Source of the DNA: Eubacteriales bacterium
GTDB lineage: Bacteria; Bacillota; Clostridia; Oscillospirales; CAG-272
Reading direction: 5' to 3'
DNA length: 64,000 nucleotides
NCBI GenBank assembly: GCA_051867875.1
Contig: JBJDZG010000026.1
Coordinates: 42,071-106,070, forward strand
Shown here: piece after piece, positions 55,881 to 63,024 of the stretch
How the letters are laid out: the number at the start of each line of letters is the position of its first letter
Position numbering within the stretch: the first letter of the stretch is position 1
The notes under the pieces: generated by a model
Databases searched by the model: none
The model's input: the letters and a program-made list of their open reading frames with translations, nothing else
What the model was told of the DNA's origin: nothing
Position numbers and translations under genes: made by a program

Positions 55881-57881
55881 ATGGCAAAAGCAAAAAAAGC
55901 GGCAACTCAATACGATAACCAAAGCATCAAGTCGCTCAAGGGTGCTGACCGTGTAAGACTCCGCCCCGGAGTAATATTCGGCTCGGACGGTCTTGAGGGC
56001 TGCGAACACTCATTCTTTGAAATACTTTCCAACTCCGTTGACGAAGCACGCGAGGGACACGGAAATATCATAAAGATAACTGCATACAAGGACCATTCCA
56101 TTGAGGTTGACGACCACGGACGCGGCGTTCCGCTCGGGTACAACGAAGCCGAGGGCAGATGGAACTGGGACCTCATTTACTGTGAGCTATATGCGGGCGG
56201 TAAATACGACAACAACAGTGAGGATTCCGCTTACGAATACTCCCTCGGTCTTAACGGTCTGGGCGCGTGTGCTACGCAGTACAGCTCGGAATATATGGAT
56301 ATCTACTCATACGACGGAGAAAACGTTCATTCCATTCACTTCAAAAAAGGTGAGCCCGTCAGCGAGCTTGAAACGCGAGAGCTCGTCAAGGGCGAGAAGC
56401 GAACGGGTACGGTGGTACGCTGGAAGCCGGACCTTGACGTATTTACGGACATAAATATTCCGATTTCTTTCTTTGAGGAAACTCTGCGCCGTCAGGCAGT
56501 TATAAACGCGGGTATTGAGTTTGAGCTCCTGGTTGAAGAGGACGGCAAAAAATTCAGCAAAAAATCCTTCCTTTACGAGAACGGTATTTCCGACTACATT
56601 ATGGAAATGACCGACGGAAGCAATATGACGGAGCCCGTGCTCTGGCACCTTGAAACTCAAGGACGCGACAGAAACGACAAGGACGAATACAAGCTTAAAG
56701 CGGACTTTTCATTCTGCGTTTCCAACACCGTAAACAGACTTGAATACTACCACAATTCGAGCTATCTTGAACACGGCGGTTCGCCCGACAAGGCGGTAAA
56801 GGTCGCTTTTGTCAACGCGCTTGACAAGTATATAAAAAATGCGGGCAAGTACAACAAGACCGAGGCGAAAATTCAGTTTGCCGACGTCTCTGACTGTCTT
56901 TGCCTCGTTATAAACAGTTTTTCAACGATGACCTCCTATGAAAACCAGACGAAGAAATCCATCACCAACACCTTTATTTACGAGGCTATGGCGGATTTTC
57001 TCAAGAAAAATCTTGAGATATATTTCATGGAGCACCCCGTTGAAGCCGAGCTTTTCGCAAATCAGGTTCTTCTTAACAGACGAAGCCGTGAAACTGCCGA
57101 AAAGACGAGAATCCAGCTTAAAGAGAGCCTTAAAAGCAAAATGGACTTTGCAAACAAGGTGGAAAAATTCGTCAACTGCCGAAGCAAAGACCCGAGCATC
57201 CGCGAGCTGTATATAGTTGAGGGCGACTCCGCTCTTACTTCCTGCAAGCTCGGCAGAAATGCCGAATTTCAGGCTATTATTCCCGTCAGAGGTAAGACTC
57301 TTAACTGTCTTAAAAGCTCTTATGATAAGATTTTCAAGAGCGAGATAATCACGGACCTGCTCCGCGTTATCGGCTGCGGTGTTGAGATAAACGGAAAGGT
57401 CAAGGGAAATATCGACCCGTTTGATATCAACGACCTAAAATGGTCGAAGATAATCCTCTGCACCGATGCAGACGAAGACGGATTCCAGATAAGAACTCTG
57501 CTCCTCACTCTTTTCTACCGTCTGCTTCCCACGCTTCTCAAGGAACACAAGGTGTTTATTGCCGAAACGCCTCTTTTCGAGATAACGGCGAAGGACAAGA
57601 CCTATTTTGCCTATGACGAATTTGAAAAGGCACAGATACTTAAACGGCTTGAAGGCACGAAATACACGATACAGCGCTCTAAGGGACTCGGCGAAAACGA
57701 GCCCGACATGATGTGGGAAACCACTATGAATCCCGAGACGAGAAGGCTTATATCCGTTGACCCCGCCGACCCGCATCTCACAGACATAATGTTTGAGACA
57801 CTTCTCGGCGACGATTTACCAGCGCGCAAAAAGTTTATTGCGGAGCACGGCAGCGAGTATATTAAAGATATTGACGTATAA
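55881..57881 (+). CDS. type IIA DNA topoisomerase subunit B (divergent GyrB/ParE-like)
   Basis: GHKL ATPase motifs (EILSNSVDEA, DHGRGVP, GGKY, GLNGLGA), QTK loop (ENQTKKS), TOPRIM (VEGDSA, DADEDGFQIRTLLLTLFY), KGLGE...WETTMNP. I use ATG 55881 (MAKAKK), which has a GGAGA Shine-Dalgarno sequence. Confidence 0.85.
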   Translation: MAKAKKAATQYDNQSIKSLKGADRVRLRPGVIFGSDGLEGCEHSFFEILSNSVDEAREGHGNIIKITAYKDHSIEVDDHGRGVPLGYNEAEGRWNWDLIYCELYAGGKYDNNSEDSAYEYSLGLNGLGACATQYSSEYMDIYSYDGENVHSIHFKKGEPVSELETRELVKGEKRTGTVVRWKPDLDVFTDINIPISFFEETLRRQAVINAGIEFELLVEEDGKKFSKKSFLYENGISDYIMEMTDGSNMTEPVLWHLETQGRDRNDKDEYKLKADFSFCVSNTVNRLEYYHNSSYLEHGGSPDKAVKVAFVNALDKYIKNAGKYNKTEAKIQFADVSDCLCLVINSFSTMTSYENQTKKSITNTFIYEAMADFLKKNLEIYFMEHPVEAELFANQVLLNRRSRETAEKTRIQLKESLKSKMDFANKVEKFVNCRSKDPSIRELYIVEGDSALTSCKLGRNAEFQAIIPVRGKTLNCLKSSYDKIFKSEIITDLLRVIGCGVEINGKVKGNIDPFDINDLKWSKIILCTDADEDGFQIRTLLLTLFYRLLPTLLKEHKVFIAETPLFEITAKDKTYFAYDEFEKAQILKRLEGTKYTIQRSKGLGENEPDMMWETTMNPETRRLISVDPADPHLTDIMFETLLGDDLPARKKFIAEHGSEYIKDIDV

Positions 57882-57887
57882 AACAAG

Positions 57888-57924
57888 GACAGAGGCGATG
57901 AACGTATCATTGCCTCTGTCTTTT
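57888..57924. terminator. bidirectional intrinsic terminator between the topoisomerase and SOD genes
   Basis: GACAGAGGCGATGA / TCATTGCCTCTGTC stem of about 14 bp followed by TTTT. Confidence 0.8.
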
Positions 57925-57925
57925 G

Positions 57926-58429
57926 TTATCTGCGGTAGCGTTCGACAATTTCACCGCACGCGATTTTTGTACCCGAGTTGCCCGAGGGCTGAGTTGTGAA
58001 ATCGTCGGGTTTTGAATGCAAAATGACGGTTTTGCCGATAATTTCATCTATGCCGAATCGGTCTGTCAAACAAGCACTGACTGCGTATCCGTTTGCGCTG
58101 AAGAGCGGCGGTAAATCGCCCGCGTGGTACGGGTGGGGGCAGTTACGGGAATTATAATGCATACGCGCGTTGGCAAATTGGTCCTCGGCGTTGCCCGTAC
58201 AGGAGTTTCCGTCGTGGATATGAAGCGCGAATATCGGCGACGCGCACGCGTTTTGCGTATCGGGCAAACCCTCGACCTCTGTTACTGCTAGCACACCGGA
58301 AGCGGTAGCGTAAAAACGCACCGTGCCGTATAAATCCGGATAGAGCGAACTGCCTCTCAATGTCGCCCATGCTTGCGGACGTGTGCGCAAAATCGAGTCA
58401 ATATGCGGAAAACGATAATTTCTGTTCAT
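57926..58429 (-). CDS. sodC: Cu/Zn superoxide dismutase family protein without signal peptide
   Basis: HIHDGNSC (HxH), MHYN, PHPYHAGDLP and VILHSKPDD align with all the Cu and Zn ligand positions. I use ATG 58429 (MNRNYRF), which has a GTGAGGT Shine-Dalgarno sequence. No hydrophobic leader. Confidence 0.82.
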   Translation of the reverse strand: MNRNYRFPHIDSILRTRPQAWATLRGSSLYPDLYGTVRFYATASGVLAVTEVEGLPDTQNACASPIFALHIHDGNSCTGNAEDQFANARMHYNSRNCPHPYHAGDLPPLFSANGYAVSACLTDRFGIDEIIGKTVILHSKPDDFTTQPSGNSGTKIACGEIVERYRR

Positions 58430-58496
58430 AACGTACCTCACTGAGTTTTTATTTATAATTATATGTAAAAACCGTGCAAGCGTGAGGGTATATTCT

Positions 58497-58534
58497 TGAA
58501 AAAAGAAGAAAGCACCCAATTGGGTGCTTTCTTC
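58497..58534 (-). terminator. intrinsic terminator directly after the truncated four-helix-bundle ORF
   Basis: GAAGAAAGCACCCA-AT-TGGGTGCTTTCTTC perfect 14-bp stem, followed on the minus strand by TTTTTTC. Confidence 0.8.
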
Positions 58535-58657
58535 TCAGAATGTTGCACTACGCTCTAACTGATTGATAAGGGAATAGTGCCGTTTTATGCCATCGGTCAT
58601 TTTTAACACTTTGACCGCAAAATCCATAGATAAATCTGCAAGCTTGTTTTCTGCCAT
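58535..58657 (-). pseudogene. N-terminal remnant (40 codons) of a four-helix-bundle protein gene (23S rRNA IVS protein / Avd-like family)
   Basis: Below the track size cutoff. It translates to MAENKLADLSMDFAVKVLKMTDGIKRHYSLINQLERSATF*. It stops where family members normally continue with S-I/V-G-A-N-I. It retains an AAGGGGTGA Shine-Dalgarno sequence and runs straight into a terminator. Confidence 0.6.
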
Positions 58658-58708
58658 AATAATCACCCCTTAATATAAGTATAGCACAAACTTAAAACAA
58701 AAGCAACA

Positions 58709-58876
58709 ATGAAATCCTGCTTTGCAGGATGAAATCCGAGTAAACTCGGATGAAATCTTCAGCCTACTGCTTCAGATGAAATTAAATCCGCCTCCCTTCA
58801 CCCCGCGTTAGCGGGATTTCATCGCGAAGCGATTTCATCCACGAAAGCGGATTTATTCCGCAAAAGGCGGATTTAG
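58709..58876. repeat. array of seven short stem-loops with conserved ATC(C)...(G)GAT stem ends, spaced about 20 bp apart; linkers are GAA in the left block and TTC/TT in the right block
   Basis: Hairpins at 58714-58730, 58734-58751, 58755-58777, 58784-58819 (with an internal loop), 58821-58833, 58837-58852 and 58857-71. ATGAAATC(C) occurs 3 times in direct repeat on the plus strand. GGATTTCAT, GATTTCAT, GGATTTAT and GGATTTAG follow in inverted orientation. Confidence 0.7.
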
Positions 58877-58879
58877 TTG

Positions 58880-58917
58880 AAAAAGACTCAGAATTGTATC
58901 CAATCCTGAGTCTTTTT
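58880..58917 (-). terminator. intrinsic terminator after tRNA-Arg (usable in both directions)
   Basis: AAAAGACTCAG / CTGAGTCTTTT outer stem plus an inner AATTG/CAATC extension. T-runs lie on both sides. Confidence 0.8.
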
Positions 58918-58918
58918 C

Positions 58919-58995
58919 TGGCGTGGCATGAGGGATTCGAACCCCCGACCTTTTGGTTCGTAGCCAAATACTCTATCCAGCTGAGCTAATGCCAC
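58919..58995 (-). tRNA. tRNA-Arg (anticodon ACG), CCA encoded
   Basis: The reverse complement folds as acceptor stem GTGGCAT/ATGCCAC, D arm GCTC..GAGT, anticodon stem TTTGG/CCAAA with loop CTACGAA, T arm GGGGG-TTCGAAT-CCCTC, then G-CCA. Confidence 0.92.
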
Positions 58996-59019
58996 ATATC
59001 TTGTTTTTCGGACTTGTAT

Positions 59020-59048
59020 ATGATAACACACAAGTTAAGTTTTGTCAA
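59020..59048 (-). promoter_or_regulatory. sigma-A type promoter for tRNA-Arg
   Basis: On the minus strand: TTGACA (59043-59048), 17-nt spacer, TGtTATCAT (TATCAT at 59020-59025). Confidence 0.55.
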
Positions 59049-59158
59049 GAAGATTTTTCAAAAAATTAAAATATTTTTTGAAATTTCAATTTTCATCTTC
59101 CCTTTTACTCTTATTTGTGTTACAATGTAGAAAAGATTTTGTATAATTGGAGGACAAA

Positions 59159-60163
59159 ATGAGTTCATTCCCCGCACTTAGTGAATTTTCCGAACAGGTA
59201 CAGCAATTTGCGATATACAAACGCACTATACAGGGCTGTTCCGAAAAAACCGTTAACGAATATATGCTCGACCTTCGTACCTTCTTTCGCTATCTGATTG
59301 CCGTCGAGCAAGGAATAGAGATAGATTCCGATGAATTTACAAAGATAGATATCCGCTCCGTTGACGCGGATTATTTATCAAAGGTAAAGACCGAACAGAT
59401 ATACGAATTCCTTTTTTATACGGGAAACGTGCGCAAGAACCTTTGGTCTGCAAAGGCGCGCAAGCTTTCCGCGATAAAGGGACTTTACAAATATATGACC
59501 GTAAAGCGCAATTATTTTGAGGACAATCCCGCCATAAATATCGAGTCGCCGAAGCCGAAAAAGACTTTGCCCAAATTCTTAAATCTCGACGAGTCGATGC
59601 TGCTGCTTCAAGCGGTGCTTGACGACGGGGAGAGCAACACAAAAGAGAGAGATTACTGCATTATCACGCTCTTTCTCAACTGCGGTATGCGTCTTTCCGA
59701 GCTTGTCGGCATAAATCTCAACGATATCGACCGAGAGCTTCGCTCCCTGCGGGTACTCGGCAAGGGCAACAAGGAGCGAATCATATATCTGAATGAAGCT
59801 TGCAGGACGGTGCTTGGCGATTATCTTGCGATACGCAACGGTCCGAAATATGAAAACGTACAGACACGCGCGCTGTTTTTGAGCCGCCTTAACAAGAGAA
59901 TAAGCGCAAAGACCGTTCAATGGCTCGTTTACAAATATCTCGAACGCGCGGGACTTGAAGCGAAGCACTTCTCCGTTCACAAGCTCCGCCACACCGCCGC
60001 GACCTTAATGTATCAGAGCGGAAACGTGGACGTGCGCGTTCTTAAAGATATTTTAGGTCACGAACAGCTCAACACAACGCAGATTTACACGCACGTTTCA
60101 AATGAAAATATGCGTTCGGCGATGGAGCAAAATCCGCTCGCAAAGGTCAAAAAGGACAACTGA
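59159..60163 (+). CDS. tyrosine recombinase, XerC/XerD-like
   Basis: Catalytic set R (GMRLSEL), K (GKGNKER), HxxR (HKLRHTAAT), H (LGHEQL), Y (TQIYTHV). I use ATG 59159, which has a GGAGG Shine-Dalgarno sequence. Confidence 0.85.
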   Translation: MSSFPALSEFSEQVQQFAIYKRTIQGCSEKTVNEYMLDLRTFFRYLIAVEQGIEIDSDEFTKIDIRSVDADYLSKVKTEQIYEFLFYTGNVRKNLWSAKARKLSAIKGLYKYMTVKRNYFEDNPAINIESPKPKKTLPKFLNLDESMLLLQAVLDDGESNTKERDYCIITLFLNCGMRLSELVGINLNDIDRELRSLRVLGKGNKERIIYLNEACRTVLGDYLAIRNGPKYENVQTRALFLSRLNKRISAKTVQWLVYKYLERAGLEAKHFSVHKLRHTAATLMYQSGNVDVRVLKDILGHEQLNTTQIYTHVSNENMRSAMEQNPLAKVKKDN

Positions 60164-60164
60164 A

Positions 60165-61034
60165 TCAGTTTTTAATATCAAACAGAAATTCAAAGCTTTC
60201 GGGCAGAATCTCGCGCCAGCTTTCCTCGTTATGAGGATATTTTTCGACGTACTTCTCCCCTATCAGATTTCCGTCGTAGCCGTATTTTACAAGCAAATCC
60301 TTCATTTGCTTTGCATCGGCTATCAGCAACTTTTCAAGAAAGTCGCCCTCTCCGCAGTAGATATGTATTTTCGGGAGTTTGTCAAGGTTTTCGGCAAAGT
60401 GTTTCTTTCCGAAATAATTCTCAAAGCCCTCTTTTTCATAGAGTGCGTAGGCGGGCGAGTACGAGAGCACGTACTTATAAAAGCCAAGCTCGCGCAGAGC
60501 GCACCAGAATGATGCAATACCGCCCATTGACGAGCCGCCTATTCCTATATCTTCCTCATTTACGGTATAGTTTTCGCAGATAAATGGGTGCAATGTCTGC
60601 ATCATAAAGTCGGACAAGCCTTCAAGATATCCGCGTGAGTAATCCTCGCCCTCAAAAGCCGTTGCGAGCGGGGCGAGCTTGCCAAAGCTCGCGGGCTCGG
60701 GAAAGAGCTCCTGCTCTCTGTATTTGTCGGCGTTATCTATTCCGACTGCGATAATATTCTTTCCGTATTTTTCGTGCAGTTCGTCAAGTACTATGTCGAG
60801 CTTCCAGCCGCCGTACGGGTCGGCGTGCTCGGTATAATATCCCGCATTTGAGAAAAGATTTTGCGCGTCGAAAAAGTACAGAATACCGTGCGGTGTTACT
60901 CCGTCGTAGCTTTTCGGCACAAACACATTAATTATTTTTGACGCGTCTGCACGGTGGGAGAGATTTTTCTCATCTCTCAAAATATAGGTATCCACCCTGC
61001 CTGTTTTCGTTTTGGCAGTAAAATCAATTTTCAT
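60165..61034 (-). CDS. alpha/beta hydrolase (putative esterase family)
   Basis: 289 aa. Nucleophile elbow GGSSMGG and overall esterase-D-like layout. No signal peptide. Confidence 0.72.
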   Translation of the reverse strand: MKIDFTAKTKTGRVDTYILRDEKNLSHRADASKIINVFVPKSYDGVTPHGILYFFDAQNLFSNAGYYTEHADPYGGWKLDIVLDELHEKYGKNIIAVGIDNADKYREQELFPEPASFGKLAPLATAFEGEDYSRGYLEGLSDFMMQTLHPFICENYTVNEEDIGIGGSSMGGIASFWCALRELGFYKYVLSYSPAYALYEKEGFENYFGKKHFAENLDKLPKIHIYCGEGDFLEKLLIADAKQMKDLLVKYGYDGNLIGEKYVEKYPHNEESWREILPESFEFLFDIKN

Positions 61035-61188
61035 ATCGTCACCTCACTTTTTTCTAATTGTATCACATTTTCGAGCGTTTGGCAACCGCTATTTGCAGGA
61101 AAACCGAATATTGTGCAATTTAGCAGGGTTGAATTTTTGCTCAAAATCGTCTAAACTTATAATGATGAGATATATTTTGGAGGTACTT

Positions 61189-62880
61189 ATGAATAACGGC
61201 GTTAAAATATATTCCCTCGTTTTAATCCTTTCGATAATTCTCTCACTCTCCGCGTGCGCGGACGTACATATATGCAAAAGTATGTGCTCCGAATGTTTGC
61301 TCTGTAAAAATACGGAGTGCGCAGAGCCTATATGCTATCCAAAGTGTACCTGTAATAAAGGCGAAGAAAAACCGCCCGTTAACGATGACGAAAGGCTTGA
61401 GAGCGTTGTCGAATACGTTGCTCCGCCGTCGGGCGTTGAGCTTTACGACGGTGTAAAGGTGTTCGTCGAGGACGTCGAAATATCACTTTACAACGTTATG
61501 GTAAACAATTCGCAGGCGTGGACGCCCAACGTTACCGACAGGGACAGAAGCGGTGTCGGATATTTCACGCTCACGGGCAAGACTCAGATAAGAATTGAAA
61601 AAGAAGGTATGACCTTTTGCACCGTTCGTCCCCTCTCTGCGGGAGTGGACGTTGTCTGCAATGATGGCGTGGCAACCTTTACCCTTTCCAGTAGCGGAAA
61701 TTACGCGATTGAACCCGACGGCAATCCCAAGGAAGCATTTTATCTCTTCGTTTCAAGCCCCGAATATGAGCCGGAGCCCATCGGGAACGTGATAAGATTT
61801 GAAAAGGGTTTACACACCTCGGAGAACAATTCCTACATTAATAATAATACCGTACGTCTTTCCTCAAACACGACGGTAATTCTCGAAGAGGGCGCGGTAG
61901 TTCGTGCAAGATTCGTCGCCAACGACGCCGAAAATATCAAAATTATCGGTAATGGCATCATCGACGGCTCCGCGTTTGCGCGCGACGCCGAAAAAGGTCT
62001 AGTTACCGTTCCCCTCGATTTTAACCGTTGCAGAAACGTTACTTTCAAGGATTTCACGGTGCTCGACCCTGCTGGTTGGTGCGTCAACTGGTATTTCTGC
62101 AAGGACAGCAGTATTGACGGCATAAAAATAATCTCCTCACGTTCAAACGGAGACGGAATTTCCATTCAGTCCTGCCAGAATATCCACGTTGCAAACTGTT
62201 TTCTCCGCACGTGGGACGACACGCTCGTGGTCAAAAATTATCCTTTATGGAGCGACAGAAGCATTGAGGGAGAAACAAGAAATATCACGTTTGAAAACTG
62301 CACGCTCTGGACGGATTTGGCGCAGAGCATGGAGATAGGCTACGAAACAGTCGGTAAGACACTGACGGACGTTACGTTCAGAAACATTACCGTTCTTCAC
62401 AATTTTCACAAGCCCGTAATGAGTATTCACAACGGAAACAATGCCGATGTGCAAAATATTCTTTTCGACACGATAACAGTCGAGAACGCTCCGGTAGTAA
62501 GTCAATCGCTTTGCGAGTTTTCCGTTGCGTTCAGCTCCACTTGGTCAAGTCAGCACAAGGTTACGGGGCTCGGAAGCATATCCGGCGTAAGAGTTAAAAA
62601 TGTTACGGTGCTGAACTGTGCCCCTTCGATGGCTATCAGAGTCTCGGGCTCGGTTGACACGCGTGCGGGCTACGGCACGACTCATTACGTAAACAACGTG
62701 GTTTTTGAAAACGTATGGATAAAAAATCAGCACATTGACCAGAGCAGGCTCCGTGTTAATAAATACGCCGAAGCGGAGATAGTTACAGGTGAGAGTGCCG
62801 TTATTTGCCCATTCGTGTTCGATATGGAAGAAAGCGAGCTTTTACAGTACAAAGATAACGCAAAAGTCATAATCAAGTAG
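61189..62880 (+). CDS. lipoprotein with Cys-rich N-terminus and right-handed beta-helix glycoside hydrolase-like domain (GH28/GH49-like motifs)
   Basis: I use ATG 61189, which has a GGAGG Shine-Dalgarno sequence. Lipobox LSLSAC, a 33-aa stretch with 9 Cys, and beta-helix repeats with NGDGISIQ and WDDTLVV acid motifs. The track start at 61012 overlaps the esterase gene. Confidence 0.75.
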   Translation: MNNGVKIYSLVLILSIILSLSACADVHICKSMCSECLLCKNTECAEPICYPKCTCNKGEEKPPVNDDERLESVVEYVAPPSGVELYDGVKVFVEDVEISLYNVMVNNSQAWTPNVTDRDRSGVGYFTLTGKTQIRIEKEGMTFCTVRPLSAGVDVVCNDGVATFTLSSSGNYAIEPDGNPKEAFYLFVSSPEYEPEPIGNVIRFEKGLHTSENNSYINNNTVRLSSNTTVILEEGAVVRARFVANDAENIKIIGNGIIDGSAFARDAEKGLVTVPLDFNRCRNVTFKDFTVLDPAGWCVNWYFCKDSSIDGIKIISSRSNGDGISIQSCQNIHVANCFLRTWDDTLVVKNYPLWSDRSIEGETRNITFENCTLWTDLAQSMEIGYETVGKTLTDVTFRNITVLHNFHKPVMSIHNGNNADVQNILFDTITVENAPVVSQSLCEFSVAFSSTWSSQHKVTGLGSISGVRVKNVTVLNCAPSMAIRVSGSVDTRAGYGTTHYVNNVVFENVWIKNQHIDQSRLRVNKYAEAEIVTGESAVICPFVFDMEESELLQYKDNAKVIIK

Positions 62881-62906
62881 AAAATATTTGTGTAAATTTC
62901 ACAAAG

Positions 62907-62955
62907 GACAGCAGTATTACAACCCATTTTGCAATACTGTTGTCTTTTATTTTTT
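62907..62955 (+). terminator. intrinsic terminator after the first beta-helix lipoprotein gene
   Basis: GACAGCAGTATT / AATACTGTTGTC 12-bp stem (one G-T pair) followed by TTTTATTTTTT. Confidence 0.75.
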
Positions 62956-63024
62956 ATGAAAAGGGTTTATAATTATATTACAATGAAATTGGTGTATCCA
63001 AAATCTAAACAAATGGAGATTGCT

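Noticed and set aside
58709-58876. Hairpin array considered as a CRISPR array or as DnaA-box/dif-like sites
   Set aside because: The repeat units are only 9-11 nt, with 8-17 nt palindromic 'spacers', and no cas genes are present, so it is not a CRISPR array. The best DnaA-box-like match (TCATCCACG) is 7/9 and occurs once. GTAAACT resembles only the tail of a Firmicutes dif site.
58535-60163. tRNA-Arg plus tyrosine recombinase plus Avd-like remnant considered as an integrated mobile element or a diversity-generating retroelement
   Set aside because: The recombinase lies on the 5' side of the tRNA, is divergently transcribed and looks Xer-like. I found no direct repeat of the tRNA 3' end. No phage, plasmid or reverse transcriptase genes and no template/variable repeat pair are visible. 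The flanking genes are housekeeping.
61035-61188. Invertible promoter (phase-variation switch) upstream of the lipoprotein genes near the recombinase
   Set aside because: I found only a weak, gapped inverted repeat (CTAATTGTATCACA versus TGTGCAATTTAG) about 45 bp apart. That is too short and too degenerate for a recombinase-flipped switch.
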